The notes: generated by a model from the sequence alone, not told the origin. A DNA stretch of 64,000 bases from Promethearchaeota archaeon (GCA_019894975.1 JAGXNO010000001.1:32001-96000), one strand, 5' to 3'. Positions 41,701-51,303 are shown, numbered from the stretch's first letter. Made by a program: numbers and translations.

Positions 41701-43678
41701 AGCATGTCGAAATTGCCATGGTATAGGAACTGTTAACGTCCCACAACCAGATAAGCTAATTATTAATCCGGAAAAACCATTGTGTAAGGGTGCGATGCAT
41801 TCCCCCGGATTTTTTCCTCAGGGATATTTATGTAAACCATACAATGGAGGATATTATGTTGTCCAAGCCCTTGCAAAACGTTATGATTTTGATCCAGCTA
41901 GTACCCCTTGGAATGAAATGACTAAGGAGGCTCAAGACGCATTCCTATTCGGAAACGATGAACCATTGGAAATACATTATGAGAATCGTAAAGGTGATAA
42001 ACGTACCTATCAAAGTAAATTTAATGGATTTTATCATGGATGGGTAGATGAATGGGATATTGGTGGTACATACACAGATATAAAACCATGTGAAAGTTGT
42101 AAAGGTGCTAAACTTCGACCAGAATATTTAGCTGTTACATTAAATGGTTATAATATGCATCAGTTAAGTGAACTTCCCCTAGTGGTTTTGCTAAAAGTTT
42201 TAAAAAGTATCTCCATAAAGCATGAAATTCCTGATATTGTTCATAGGAGTTATAAAACGGTCCTAGAGCGTTTGAATTTCTTAATCAAGACAGGTCTAGG
42301 ATATGTTCATTTGAATAGAATAGCAGCATCTCTTTCAGCTGGCGAAGCTCAGCGGATTAGATTAGCAGGAGTTTTAGGTAGTGGTCTTACATCTCTTACA
42401 ATTGTTTTGGATGAACCCTCGAGAGGTTTACACCCTTCGGAACTTGAAGCTTTATTGGAAGCACTTGTGGAATTACGTGATATGGGGAACACCATCTTAA
42501 TGGTAGAGCATGATATGCTTTTGATTAATTCAGCAGATTTTATTGTTGATATGGGACCAAAAGCTGGAATTGAGGGTGGTGAAATAGTTGCAACTGGTCC
42601 CCCGATTGAAATAAAAAAAAAGAACACTATCACCGCAAATTGGTTGGATGGGAGAAAAAAGTTCAAGTACAATGAACAAAAAAGAACCCCAAAAAAATGG
42701 TTAAAGATATATGGTGTGAAAGAAAATAATCTTAAAGGTGAAACAATAGAGATACCTCATGGCCTTCTGGTAGGCTTATGTGGAGTATCTGGTTCAGGCA
42801 AATCTACGCTATTGATAGATACTATTGGAAGGGCTTTAGCCCCAAAAAAACATACCACGTCAATGGCACACGAACCCATAGAGCCAGGAAAACATGATAA
42901 AATCGAAGGTGAATTATCTCAAACAATCATCATTGACCAAACCAGAGCAAGCATAACAAGCCCAATGAACTATCTTGGTTTAAAAAAAAACTTTTTCAAA
43001 ATCTTTGCTGAAAGTGAGGATGCAATATCATTAGGTTTAAGCGAAAAAGACCTTAAAAAGAGATGTACTGCATGCAAAGGATATGGGTTAAACAAGACAG
43101 ATATGGGATTCTTACCAGATATTTACGACTTATGTGAAGTATGTAATGGAACTGGATATTCTATGGATGCTTGGAAAGTGAAAGTAAATGGTATATCACT
43201 TCCCGAATTAAATGAATTGACTATTGATGAGATTCATAGATTGTTTAAAGAAGAAGATTCTATTGAAAAAAAATTAAAGTTCGTTAAAGATGTTGGACTA
43301 GGATATTTAGTAATGAATCAACCTGCTTATACTCTTTCGGGTGGAGAAGTCCAGAGACTTAAAATTGCGAAAGAATTAAGTAAGAAGAGTACAAACAAAA
43401 CTATGTACATTTTGGACGAACCTACAGTAGGACAGCATATGGAAGATGTTTCTCGTCTTATTAATGTTTTACAAAGGTTAGTTAAAAAAGGACATACAGT
43501 AGTCGTTATTGAACACCATCCACACCTTCTTGCTGCATGTGATTGGTTAATAGAACTCGGTCCTGGTGCAGGTGATGAGGGTGGAAGGTTAATCGCAGCT
43601 GGGACGCCTGTAATGATAGCTGAGGGGATAACACCTACAGCACCCTACATAAAAGAGGTTTTGGAGGAGATTGCATGA
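38789..43678 (+). CDS. uvrA: Double-length UvrA-like ABC ATPase (four nucleotide-binding domains)
   Basis: Four SGSGKS Walker A motifs, four LSxGE/LDEP sets, many CxxC fingers. Confidence 0.88.
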   Translation: MEIEIKGARENNLKNIDVKFKDGLTVVTGISGSGKSSLVFDTLYHESNRRLIELFGYSRKWSSQRSSYKLAPAKVGSITGLGPAVAVGQNLLNRNPNSTLATASGLHPLFRLLYARFGVRTCHKCGTNITVLTQDEIINYLFSLAREKSVVIYSQLVNNSIGSHKTLLNFLSEQFSTENIYIDDKKWEGLALNPSKPHKILIKLAQIDKSTADENVQEIVQRSQILGSNILQIEVGKKIEKITRVKSCVECGTWLKDIEPKHFYMSCPFCKRKGCKECNFTGLHPLASSVYFSGQIITQLLKYSVKDALKLFKDTRLSIPTNRLITEITKRLVALKDVGLDYLTLNRSSPTLSRGESQRVRIALTLINQLEDVLHVLDEPTIGQHVTDITKFLPIFHKLPGPVIFVEHDRIAASAANNAIDIGPGAGTSGGSIIFNGSPSELWESNTPTGEFFSLRKKVIVPKLRPKPNLFLKIEAADKHNLKEITVEIPLNRLTVITGVSGSGKSTLIEDVLHASLHKKKPIGCGKINGPSLKSVMVDQSPIGKNPRSNPATYTKISEIIRKLFSKETGLSASHYSFNRPEGACPTCKGMGALEIRMRYIPSSWISCPDCKQARFKEKVLKNKVVFGDKSYSISEFYNLSVSEIADLIENENRLSSNDLQKLKEMLKTLKEIGLGYLSLGQPSPSLSGGEAQRIKLSKYLGKTSLINQIIILDEPSTGLHPQDLKGLLVILDRLVRARATVIIVEHNLDVIKAADWVIDLGPGAGDEGGNIIYSGPIEGLLKCKDSKTAKALKLDELITPSSKRGKKKLLDKITIKNAHIHNLKGIDVEFPKNAINVVTGVSGSGKSSLVSDVIEAEAKRRFFETLSMYERQGIRGGPEVLVDEISGLGVTSHVISTRALHSRFFMIRNTIGKATEISLHIANLLAYVGEINCPKCGVLMIHKTKMVCDKCNTIIKLPNPIHFDPASYQAACRNCHGIGTVNVPQPDKLIINPEKPLCKGAMHSPGFFPQGYLCKPYNGGYYVVQALAKRYDFDPASTPWNEMTKEAQDAFLFGNDEPLEIHYENRKGDKRTYQSKFNGFYHGWVDEWDIGGTYTDIKPCESCKGAKLRPEYLAVTLNGYNMHQLSELPLVVLLKVLKSISIKHEIPDIVHRSYKTVLERLNFLIKTGLGYVHLNRIAASLSAGEAQRIRLAGVLGSGLTSLTIVLDEPSRGLHPSELEALLEALVELRDMGNTILMVEHDMLLINSADFIVDMGPKAGIEGGEIVATGPPIEIKKKNTITANWLDGRKKFKYNEQKRTPKKWLKIYGVKENNLKGETIEIPHGLLVGLCGVSGSGKSTLLIDTIGRALAPKKHTTSMAHEPIEPGKHDKIEGELSQTIIIDQTRASITSPMNYLGLKKNFFKIFAESEDAISLGLSEKDLKKRCTACKGYGLNKTDMGFLPDIYDLCEVCNGTGYSMDAWKVKVNGISLPELNELTIDEIHRLFKEEDSIEKKLKFVKDVGLGYLVMNQPAYTLSGGEVQRLKIAKELSKKSTNKTMYILDEPTVGQHMEDVSRLINVLQRLVKKGHTVVVIEHHPHLLAACDWLIELGPGAGDEGGRLIAAGTPVMIAEGITPTAPYIKEVLEEIA

Positions 43679-44715
43679 CTTGGGTTCCATTATTATTAAC
43701 TGATCCTTCACCTAACTTAAGATTACTTGTATTAAGTGAGTTATTACACCGTCCAGATGATGATGAGGAAGTGCAAGAATTACTTCAATTGCGTGAAAAG
43801 GACCCAATTGTTGAATCGCTCATCAAGACTCAGCTACCTGATGGTTCTTGGAGTAGTGTAGATCTTACAGGGAAAGCTTCTAGTAAAGGAAATCTACAGT
43901 CAACTTCACAGGCATTAGTGAGATTAGGATATCTTGGATATGATAAAGATCATGAAATTGTCCGAAAAGCTGCGAACTATATTTTTTCGAAACAAAAAAC
44001 CGATAATTCATGGCCAATTCCCACTACTAGAAAAGGACCATTTGAAGAAATTCGTGGATATGACATGATCCCTTTGCAAGTCGCAACACCTCTAGAAGGT
44101 TTAGCCGCTTGTGGATATTCTACTGATAAACGAGCTGAAAAGGCTTATGAGTGGTTGATGGAACAACGACTTGATGATGGAACATGGTCTACTGGAACTG
44201 CTTCAGGTGTTTATGGAGGTGTTGGGGGTTATCGGAAAATTCCACACAGTCGCTGGGGGTGCAGATCTTCAACCATTGCTACATTAAACTGTTTAGCTTA
44301 TCATCCAACAAGAAGTAAGAGTAGTATAGCAAAAAGAGCACTTGATTTAATCTTAGGATGTGAAACTAAGCAAAAAAATTTGTTGGGGTTCGTAATTTCT
44401 CGTCTAATTGGATTGGAAGAATCAAGGGGATGGAGAACTTATTATCCTAAAATGGATGCTGCTCACATTTTAAGTCTCTGTTGGAAGATTGGTGCTTCAT
44501 CAGAAGATGAGAGGATTTCAGAATTAATTGATTTTGTGAAAGATGAACAAGGTAAATATGGAATGTGGGAATGCTCATTACACCCCCAAGCATCTAGATG
44601 GTTAACCTTTGACTTATTGCTGTCACTTTCTAATTTGAGTGAAGAAACAGATTGGTTTTCTACAGAACCTCGTACTCCTTTTCAAGAATACCCCAAAAAA
44701 ATGAAGAGATTCTAA
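43675..44715 (+). CDS. Prenyltransferase/squalene-cyclase-repeat protein
   Basis: QW-type repeats QLPDGSW, QKTDNSW, QRLDDGTW, QGKYGMW; ATGA overlap with uvrA. Confidence 0.75.
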   Translation: MTWVPLLLTDPSPNLRLLVLSELLHRPDDDEEVQELLQLREKDPIVESLIKTQLPDGSWSSVDLTGKASSKGNLQSTSQALVRLGYLGYDKDHEIVRKAANYIFSKQKTDNSWPIPTTRKGPFEEIRGYDMIPLQVATPLEGLAACGYSTDKRAEKAYEWLMEQRLDDGTWSTGTASGVYGGVGGYRKIPHSRWGCRSSTIATLNCLAYHPTRSKSSIAKRALDLILGCETKQKNLLGFVISRLIGLEESRGWRTYYPKMDAAHILSLCWKIGASSEDERISELIDFVKDEQGKYGMWECSLHPQASRWLTFDLLLSLSNLSEETDWFSTEPRTPFQEYPKKMKRF

Positions 44716-44791
44716 AAGCCTTACGTGCTTTTTAATACTTGAATCAACATGGGTTCGTCCCAATGGCAATTGATGGTCTAGCACTTCAAAA

Positions 44792-45922
44792 TTATTTAAA
44801 TTTGTATCGACAGGCATCATAGACTTTTGAGACTATTGCCTCTCTACGCATTAAATTTTGTTCTTGAGATAACATCGTATTGCTGTTGAGATTAAAAATC
44901 AGATCTACCTGAGGATCACAGAAATTTACACAAGAACTTCTACCTCCATGACCAAAAGTATCTCTTGAGCAACCTATAGAACTACTTTTCCCTTTTGTAA
45001 AACCTAAGCCCCAATCTGGGGCAATTTGAAATGAAAGGATACTAAATGTTAAATCAGCAATGCCCATTCTATGTGTTGCAGTGAAATATTTAACAGTTTC
45101 TTCCTTAAGAATCCGTTTTCCATCCCATTCACCCCCATTCCAAAGGGTTCTGTAGAACTTTCCCATATCATTCGCAGTACTATAACCATTGGTACCAGGA
45201 TAAATCCTTCCTTCGAAATTATTAATCCACAAATGCATTTTTTCAGCTTCATCCGGAGTATCTTTTAAGGCTAGACGATCACCAAGATTCTTAGCTCTTT
45301 CTTTTGTCATACCTAAATATGAGGAATCCATCCCTAAAGGAACGAATATTTCTTCGTTCAAATAATCATCAATTCGACGTCCATCAATCCTGCGAATAAT
45401 TTCACCTAGGATTATCCAACTAGCTCGGGGATGATAACCACATTGTGTTCCTGGTTTATACTCGGCAGTTTCATTGCAAATATCTACAATAATTTCTTCC
45501 CAATTGGCAGTAAGCCATTTTGGGTATAGCAACATTGGAAACCCACCAGCATGTATTAAAACATGTCTAATTGTGCAAGTTTCTTTCCCATTTTTGAATT
45601 CAGGAATAATACTCTGGACTGTTTGATTTATGCTAAGTTTCCCACTTTCCCATAGTTGTGCGATTGCCACAGTAGTCCAAGGTTTTCCACTAGACCACAA
45701 TGCCAAGATTGAATCATTTCGCATCTGAATGCCGGGTTTAGCTTCTCCAACAGCAACATCAAGCACTATCTGTCCTTTTCTTGATACGTGAAGTTGAACA
45801 CCTGTATGTAACCCCTCAGATACTTGATTTTCAAGCGTTTTAATTACTTTATCTAAACTTGTTTTGTCCATCCCAACTTCTTCTGGTTTACCTATTATAC
45901 CACCAATCATTATAACGCTCAA
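44792..45922 (-). CDS. Beta-lactamase-family serine hydrolase (start may be 45871)
   Basis: SSGK (SxxK), PGTQCGY, FGHGG. Confidence 0.9.
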   Translation of the reverse strand: MSVIMIGGIIGKPEEVGMDKTSLDKVIKTLENQVSEGLHTGVQLHVSRKGQIVLDVAVGEAKPGIQMRNDSILALWSSGKPWTTVAIAQLWESGKLSINQTVQSIIPEFKNGKETCTIRHVLIHAGGFPMLLYPKWLTANWEEIIVDICNETAEYKPGTQCGYHPRASWIILGEIIRRIDGRRIDDYLNEEIFVPLGMDSSYLGMTKERAKNLGDRLALKDTPDEAEKMHLWINNFEGRIYPGTNGYSTANDMGKFYRTLWNGGEWDGKRILKEETVKYFTATHRMGIADLTFSILSFQIAPDWGLGFTKGKSSSIGCSRDTFGHGGRSSCVNFCDPQVDLIFNLNSNTMLSQEQNLMRREAIVSKVYDACRYKFK

Positions 45923-46020
45923 ACTTTTTTTAATTCTTAATACAGTAAAAAATCCTTTAAAAATAAAGTCTTCAAATCTTCTTTTTCAGTTAAGAGAAGT
46001 AATACTCTCTCTCATTCTAT

Positions 46021-46425
46021 TTAATTGTTATAGCTTTCACTAGGTTGGTAATCTGATTGAATTATATCTACACTTTCTAATTCTTGTAAATGATAATAAA
46101 GGCTAGGTTTTTTTAAATTTTTAAAATCCCCCTTACCACACATTCCTTTACATTGATTTTCATCGGAATCTAAATTTTCGTTCATATCTTTAAGAAAATT
46201 AAATATTTCATCAGAAGATTTAGGACCCTCTTTTAAATAATCAAGGATGACCCATCGAATATGACAATGTAATTCTTTTACATATTTTTCTATCTCATTA
46301 AGGGTAAGATTACTTTTCGATATAGCACTTTTACTTGCTTTTGGATTTGGATTTCTCTTTTTAGCTTTTGCATTACATCAGAAGACTTTAGAAAAGAGAT
46401 TCAAAGGATAATCAGAAAAGACCAA
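46021..46425 (-). CDS. ArsR-like winged-helix protein with in-frame TGA at codon 16 (recoded, pseudogene or later start)
   Basis: Manual translation MVFSDYPLNLFSKVF*CNAKAK...LHCHIRWVILDYLKEGPKS...CKGMCGK...SLYYHLQELESVDII; not in the ORF track. Confidence 0.6.
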
Positions 46426-46446
46426 TTTATTAAATTTTTTTTTAAC

Positions 46447-47037
46447 TTATTTTTCTTCTTTAATTTTATTATAAAACTCTAATATTATTTCTTGCCTATC
46501 ATTTGCGATTTGTTTTGTTAGATCTAGGTGCATTAAATCTTTTAATTTCATGATTTTGCTCTCAAAGTGCTTCACTACATTATCGAGATCACCACCTCTC
46601 TGAAGTGTAAATCCAATAGTTCTATATAGGCCAATTGCTCCGAGAGCGTCTAATTTATCAGCATCTGACAAAATTTTTGCTTCTAATGTTTTTGGTACAA
46701 CATTATTTGAAAAAGAATGTGCTCTGATCATATGGATTATATTCTCCAAATCTGTTTGAGGAATTATGTATTCATAAGATTTTAAGAGGTTTAGTGCTAT
46801 TTCTGCAGAATATTCGGCATGATTTTTATCATCTTTTGTGTCTTCTACGCGAATCCTGCCCACATCATGTAGATATGCTGCGATCTTTAGTAAAAATAGA
46901 TTTGCTCCTAGTTTTTTTCCTATTTGGAGACAGAGATTATATACACGCTCAACATGTGGAAAACCATGGATATCATTATCTTCAGAGTTTTCAAGGGCGT
47001 AATTCTTAACGTATGAAAGTATTTCTTCTTCTGACAT
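46447..47037 (-). CDS. HD-domain phosphohydrolase
   Basis: H...HVERV, LHDVGR, HSFS, DADKLDALGAIG. Confidence 0.92.
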   Translation of the reverse strand: MSEEEILSYVKNYALENSEDNDIHGFPHVERVYNLCLQIGKKLGANLFLLKIAAYLHDVGRIRVEDTKDDKNHAEYSAEIALNLLKSYEYIIPQTDLENIIHMIRAHSFSNNVVPKTLEAKILSDADKLDALGAIGLYRTIGFTLQRGGDLDNVVKHFESKIMKLKDLMHLDLTKQIANDRQEIILEFYNKIKEEK

Positions 47038-47079
47038 GCTAGTAACTTCTTTTTTAAAAATGAATATTCCCCAAAGTTA

Positions 47080-48048
47080 TTAAAATCTAGGAAATCCCCA
47101 TCTCTTTAATGGCCCAAACCCTTCTTCTTTGGAAATTACTATATTAGATTTTTTATCAAAAACAACTGAAATATAATAGGCGTTTTTTCTTGATAATGCT
47201 TCGCATAAAATGAGAATAGTATTGATTTTATCTCGATTTTCTTGAAAGAACGGGATAATATAATCCCATTTATGAAAGAACCTAAAATCTTTACTCAATT
47301 CTTTTGCTCTATCAAAAAGTTTCATGTTACTTGAATTCTTTACAATAGTATTTGTCAAGAGTTTTTTTTTTCTTAGTGTAAATAGAGAACTTTTACTTAT
47401 TGTGAAATTTACTTTATCAATGGTAGATTCGTTTTCATAAATAAAATAAAAGAAAGGAATAAAATTAGGAAGATAATGGGAGTTCTTAGGTAATATTAAT
47501 TGTACTATAATTCTTAAAAGGATCCTCACCCCAAAGTAGATTAGATAAGAATATAAATAGAAGTAAGCAAGTGCCATAAAGAATTCATAATACGGTTTCG
47601 TAAAAAAACTTACAATAAGAGTTGCTATGTTGATCCCTGAAAATAAAATTAGTAAAGGGTTGATTGTTCTGTCAATGATAAACCTAAATTCTTTTTTAGT
47701 AATTGGATAAAATATGGGTACTTTTGAGGCCGTTAGGAAATCTAATGTTACGTGAATACTATAGCCTATAAAAGCCGCTAACCATACTTCGAGGAATGAA
47801 AAATTTCCTATTATTGAAACAAGAAAACTAATAATTCCGGTAAATAAAAGACCAATAATATAGGAATGAGAAGCGGCCTTATGGGATAAGAAATAACTTT
47901 TTTTTAATCTCCGCAATGGTTCTAAAAACACATCAAAATCAGGAAGAAAGGTCATTATCCAAAGAAGTATTATTGCTGCCGGACTAAAGATTTTCAGTGT
48001 GAATAATCCAACTAATATACCCATAAATTGATGTGTAAAAATATCCAT
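47080..48048 (-). CDS. Membrane metal-dependent hydrolase (YdjM-like)
   Basis: MDIFTH, LPDFD, HKAASHS, HVTLD. Confidence 0.85.
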   Translation of the reverse strand: MDIFTHQFMGILVGLFTLKIFSPAAIILLWIMTFLPDFDVFLEPLRRLKKSYFLSHKAASHSYIIGLLFTGIISFLVSIIGNFSFLEVWLAAFIGYSIHVTLDFLTASKVPIFYPITKKEFRFIIDRTINPLLILFSGINIATLIVSFFTKPYYEFFMALAYFYLYSYLIYFGVRILLRIIVQLILPKNSHYLPNFIPFFYFIYENESTIDKVNFTISKSSLFTLRKKKLLTNTIVKNSSNMKLFDRAKELSKDFRFFHKWDYIIPFFQENRDKINTILILCEALSRKNAYYISVVFDKKSNIVISKEEGFGPLKRWGFPRF

Positions 48049-48112
48049 ATATAGTTTTAAAATAAAACGATATTTTTATACAATTTGATTCTTTTTAATA
48101 GGAAGCAATCCT

Positions 48113-48156
48113 ATTGTCAATCTCTCACTAACGTTTTTTGAAAGATGTCATCCAAC
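48113..48156 (-). promoter_or_regulatory. Eukaryote/Lokiarchaeia-type SECIS element
   Basis: Minus strand GUUG-GAU-GA-C-AUCUUUCA-AAAAACGUUAG-UGAGAGAU-U-GA-CAAU: AUGA/GA K-turn core, 8-bp upper stem, apical As; begins 2 nt after TAA. Confidence 0.8.
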
Positions 48157-48158
48157 TT

Positions 48159-48644
48159 TTATCTTTTTAGTTTAAAATAATGAGCAAATGTCTCATTTTC
48201 TTTTCCATAGGTTTCCATGATAAATTTTTTGAAAGCACCATAATCTAATCGCTCTTTCATAATATCAGCTCATCAATCAGCGTGTACAACGATAGTTATA
48301 TTACTATTGGGATAGAGATTAGTATTTATATCATCTTGCAAGTTCATAAATTCTCTATTTGGTCCATATGCATTAACTGCACAGTCCTCATAAATTTTAT
48401 TCTCCTCTCCATCCCAAATTAATTGCAAATAACTGTTTATCAACCCTTTATAGATAGGAAAAATTTTATTTTCTGGATTAGAATAAACTTGCTTATCTAT
48501 AACACTTAATGCGTCTATAATAGTTCCTTTGTCTTTTATAGTTATCGTGTATTCTAATCCTTTTGACAACCTTTTTTCAGGGTCAGGTGCAAAAATTGAA
48601 ACCCGTACAGTCTTTTGTTTTTGTTTTTCTACCATGATAATCAC
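48159..48644 (-). CDS. Candidate selenoprotein (possible beta-grasp fold) with tandem UGA-UGA at 48270-48275
   Basis: Track ORF ends at TGA; the frame continues TGA TGA ADIMKERLDYGAFKKFIMETYGKENETFAHYFKLKR TAA, followed directly by the SECIS. Confidence 0.75.
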
Positions 48645-48678
48645 CCCAAATGAGCTAAAATAATAGATTTACTAAATT

Positions 48679-48960
48679 CTATATAAGACCTTTAGCTCTA
48701 AGGATTTTTGGTAATTCTTTCTTAAGGATAAACGATGAAGAAAACTTTTTCTCACCATCAACGACAACGCACTTACTACTAATGTTTAGATTTTTCGCTT
48801 CTTCTGAATTAAGATTCTTAGTGTCAAAATCGATATGTTTAATATAAGGAGTAAGTTCAACAAATACTCGATTCATAAACTTATCCCATTCACAAGCGCA
48901 TGCATCTAGAGGAACATAGATATCTATCTTTAATTTCCCATTTGACTTTTCATTACTCAT
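48679..48960 (-). CDS. Small thioredoxin-fold protein with CAC motif
   Basis: IDIYVPLDACACEW, CVVVDG. Confidence 0.65.
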   Translation of the reverse strand: MSNEKSNGKLKIDIYVPLDACACEWDKFMNRVFVELTPYIKHIDFDTKNLNSEEAKNLNISSKCVVVDGEKKFSSSFILKKELPKILRAKGLI

Positions 48961-48984
48961 CTCTAACGATTCCTCTATACTTGT

Positions 48985-49203
48985 TTAATTTGTTTTATTA
49001 ATAGGTTGATTCTGCTCGCAGTGAAGTTTAACGCCACAATGTATCCCTTTCTTCAAGCGTTTAGGATTTTCAGGATCACAGGGCTCCTCATGTGAACATT
49101 GTGATTCAGCATTAGCACTACAAGAATGACCTGAATAATCAGGTGATTCTCTCATTTCTTTCATAATTATTTCTATTGTTTTATCTATTTCTTCATCAGA
49201 CAT
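48985..49203 (-). CDS. Small Cys/His-rich protein
   Basis: 72 aa with 5 Cys and 4 His; co-oriented downstream of acr3. Confidence 0.6.
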   Translation of the reverse strand: MSDEEIDKTIEIIMKEMRESPDYSGHSCSANAESQCSHEEPCDPENPKRLKKGIHCGVKLHCEQNQPINKTN

Positions 49204-49274
49204 TTCTACTTATATCCTCTTTTCTATATATATTAATTAGTTTTCTAAGAAATATATTTTTTGGATATTTTTAT

Positions 49275-50294
49275 TTATTGTGATTTCCAAAAACCTCGTT
49301 TACTAAGCAATCGTCCTAAATATACAACTGAAAGCATGACTGGAACTTCCCAAAATAATCCCATGGTTGTACCTAACGCTGCAATAGTATTATTCATAGC
49401 AATAGCAGTAGCTATAGCAATCTCAAAATGGCTAGAGGAACCGATTATTACTGTAATGATTGCCTCCCTGTATTTCATCTTAAATATTTTTGTCATTAGT
49501 ATATTATAGCCCACAACTATGACAAATCCTACTAGAAGTGGAATTGTAACTATTAATAAGTAATCCGGATGATCTAAGAGGGCCGTACCATTCATAGAAA
49601 AAAGGATTATTAATGTTGCTAGAAGCGCGATAATGGAAATCTTCCCAAGAAATGGGCGATAAGTGTCGGTGAACCATTCTTCTCCTTTAGAAGAAATCAG
49701 AACTTTCTTACTAGTTAACCCCACTATTAATGGAAGACCAATGAAGAAAAATAGCGAAATCAATAACAACACCCAATCAAGGGAAATATTTTGTATTCCT
49801 GTCAAAAATGTAACAATAGGAATATATAAAAAGATGATGGTAATCGTATTTAAGCTGGTATTAACTACATTTTGCTCTTGGTTTCCTTTCGCCATCCAAC
49901 CCCACACTAAAACCATTGCTGTGCAAGGAGAACTAGAAAGTAATATAATTGCAAGGATTAAGTCATCATTCCCTTGTAAAAATATTCGTGCCATAAGCAA
50001 TCCGATGAAGGGGGCCACAATCCAATTTGAAATAAGGGTTAGGATTATTGGTTTAGGATTTTTACCCAATTTTTTCAATTCAGATGCCTTAAGGTTTAAC
50101 ATTGCAGGATACATCATTAGAAACAAACAAATTCCAATTGGTACTGAAATTCCCCCAATCTTTAGAGCGTTAAGAGCGTCACTAATACCAGGTATGATTT
50201 GGGAAATGAGAACACCAATAAGTATACATAATAAGACCCAAAGCGGTAAAAACTTTTCAAAAAAGCTGATTGTTCTTCCTTCTTCTTCACTCAT
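49275..50294 (-). CDS. acr3: Acr3 arsenite efflux transporter
   Basis: FFEKFL.LWV, MMYPAM, NW..AP, PCTAMVLVW, HFEIAIA, EVPVML. Confidence 0.95.
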   Translation of the reverse strand: MSEEEGRTISFFEKFLPLWVLLCILIGVLISQIIPGISDALNALKIGGISVPIGICLFLMMYPAMLNLKASELKKLGKNPKPIILTLISNWIVAPFIGLLMARIFLQGNDDLILAIILLSSSPCTAMVLVWGWMAKGNQEQNVVNTSLNTITIIFLYIPIVTFLTGIQNISLDWVLLLISLFFFIGLPLIVGLTSKKVLISSKGEEWFTDTYRPFLGKISIIALLATLIILFSMNGTALLDHPDYLLIVTIPLLVGFVIVVGYNILMTKIFKMKYREAIITVIIGSSSHFEIAIATAIAMNNTIAALGTTMGLFWEVPVMLSVVYLGRLLSKRGFWKSQ

Positions 50295-50454
50295 ATTATT
50301 TAAATCCTTCTCTTATACCAATATATGAAATTTAATTGATTCTTAAATAAGAAAATTTTTATCCAAATAAAAATTTATTGATTTGAATAAGTTTTTATAA
50401 ATCTGCTTATCTTTAATAATTATTAGACATTGAGAATCTGAAGTGGTGTTATAA

Positions 50455-50841
50455 ATGGATCCTGATCATAAAAAAGAAATTTTGGATAAATTGATTAAAT
50501 GTGAAGATATAAATAATCCAGATCTTCATTTCAAACAATTGCGTGAATTAGGTAATCACTTAATTCAAAATCCTAGTTTTGATGACTTAATTAAATTTGT
50601 AAACGCTGTTGCAAATAGAAAACGCCTAATAATTATTAATACATTAAAAGAGAAGGATCGATGTGTCTGTGAATTAGAAGCTGTTTTAGACGAGTCCCAA
50701 CCGGCCATATCACATCATTTAAAAATACTTGAAAATGCTGGATTGATTAGAGGATGGAAAAAAGGTAAGTTTACACATTATGACATTGTTAAAGAACAAA
50801 TTATCTCATATATGGATATTTTAAATCAAAAATTAATATAA
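50455..50841 (+). CDS. arsR: ArsR/SmtB metalloregulator
   Basis: RCVCEL, SQPAISHHLKILENAGLI; divergent from acr3. Confidence 0.92.
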   Translation: MDPDHKKEILDKLIKCEDINNPDLHFKQLRELGNHLIQNPSFDDLIKFVNAVANRKRLIIINTLKEKDRCVCELEAVLDESQPAISHHLKILENAGLIRGWKKGKFTHYDIVKEQIISYMDILNQKLI

Positions 50842-50981
50842 ATAAGCCTTCCACTAAAATTAATAGTCTATAACTATTAAGTTTAAAAGCTAATCTAAGT
50901 ATTTTAATCGTAATCTAAAATTTAGATTTACTTGACATAATTTAATTTTAGTGAAGAAAATTTTTTGAAAACGTGAAATTT

Positions 50982-51230
50982 ATGGCAAAACCAGTACCAG
51001 ATACCGAAGAGTCAATGAATGAATGCAGAAAATTCTGTGGTCCTTGTCCTTCTTTCAAACCAAACCAACTCAATGAATTTGAACCTCATGCTCTATTCTG
51101 TTCAAGAGGAATATCACAAAAACCAAAAGACCAAATAGAAAACAAAGGATGCAGTTGTTTTGGATGTGGATTGTTCTCAAAGTATGAATTGGAAAAGGGA
51201 TTTTTCTGTGCACCTCATTTTCAACAATAA
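50982..51230 (+). CDS. DUF2769-like Cys-rich protein
   Basis: CGPCPSF, LFCSRG, GCSC..C, FFC. Confidence 0.75.
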   Translation: MAKPVPDTEESMNECRKFCGPCPSFKPNQLNEFEPHALFCSRGISQKPKDQIENKGCSCFGCGLFSKYELEKGFFCAPHFQQ

Positions 51231-51303
51231 AAAATTACTACTTCATATAATCTCTTTTTTTTTAATTTTCCTATGAAATTTTTATTAAATATTACAGTGA
51301 ATA

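Noticed and set aside
7515-43678. Other TGA-terminated genes (rnp4, radical SAM, surface protein, HAD, uvrA) as selenoproteins
   Set aside because: Proteins look complete at the TGA and I saw no SECIS-like hairpin after them
49261-50328. Plus-strand ORFs 49261..49509 and 49663..50328, and similar antisense ORFs elsewhere (for example 1453..1872, 54523..54921)
   Set aside because: They lie opposite well-supported genes and show no motifs
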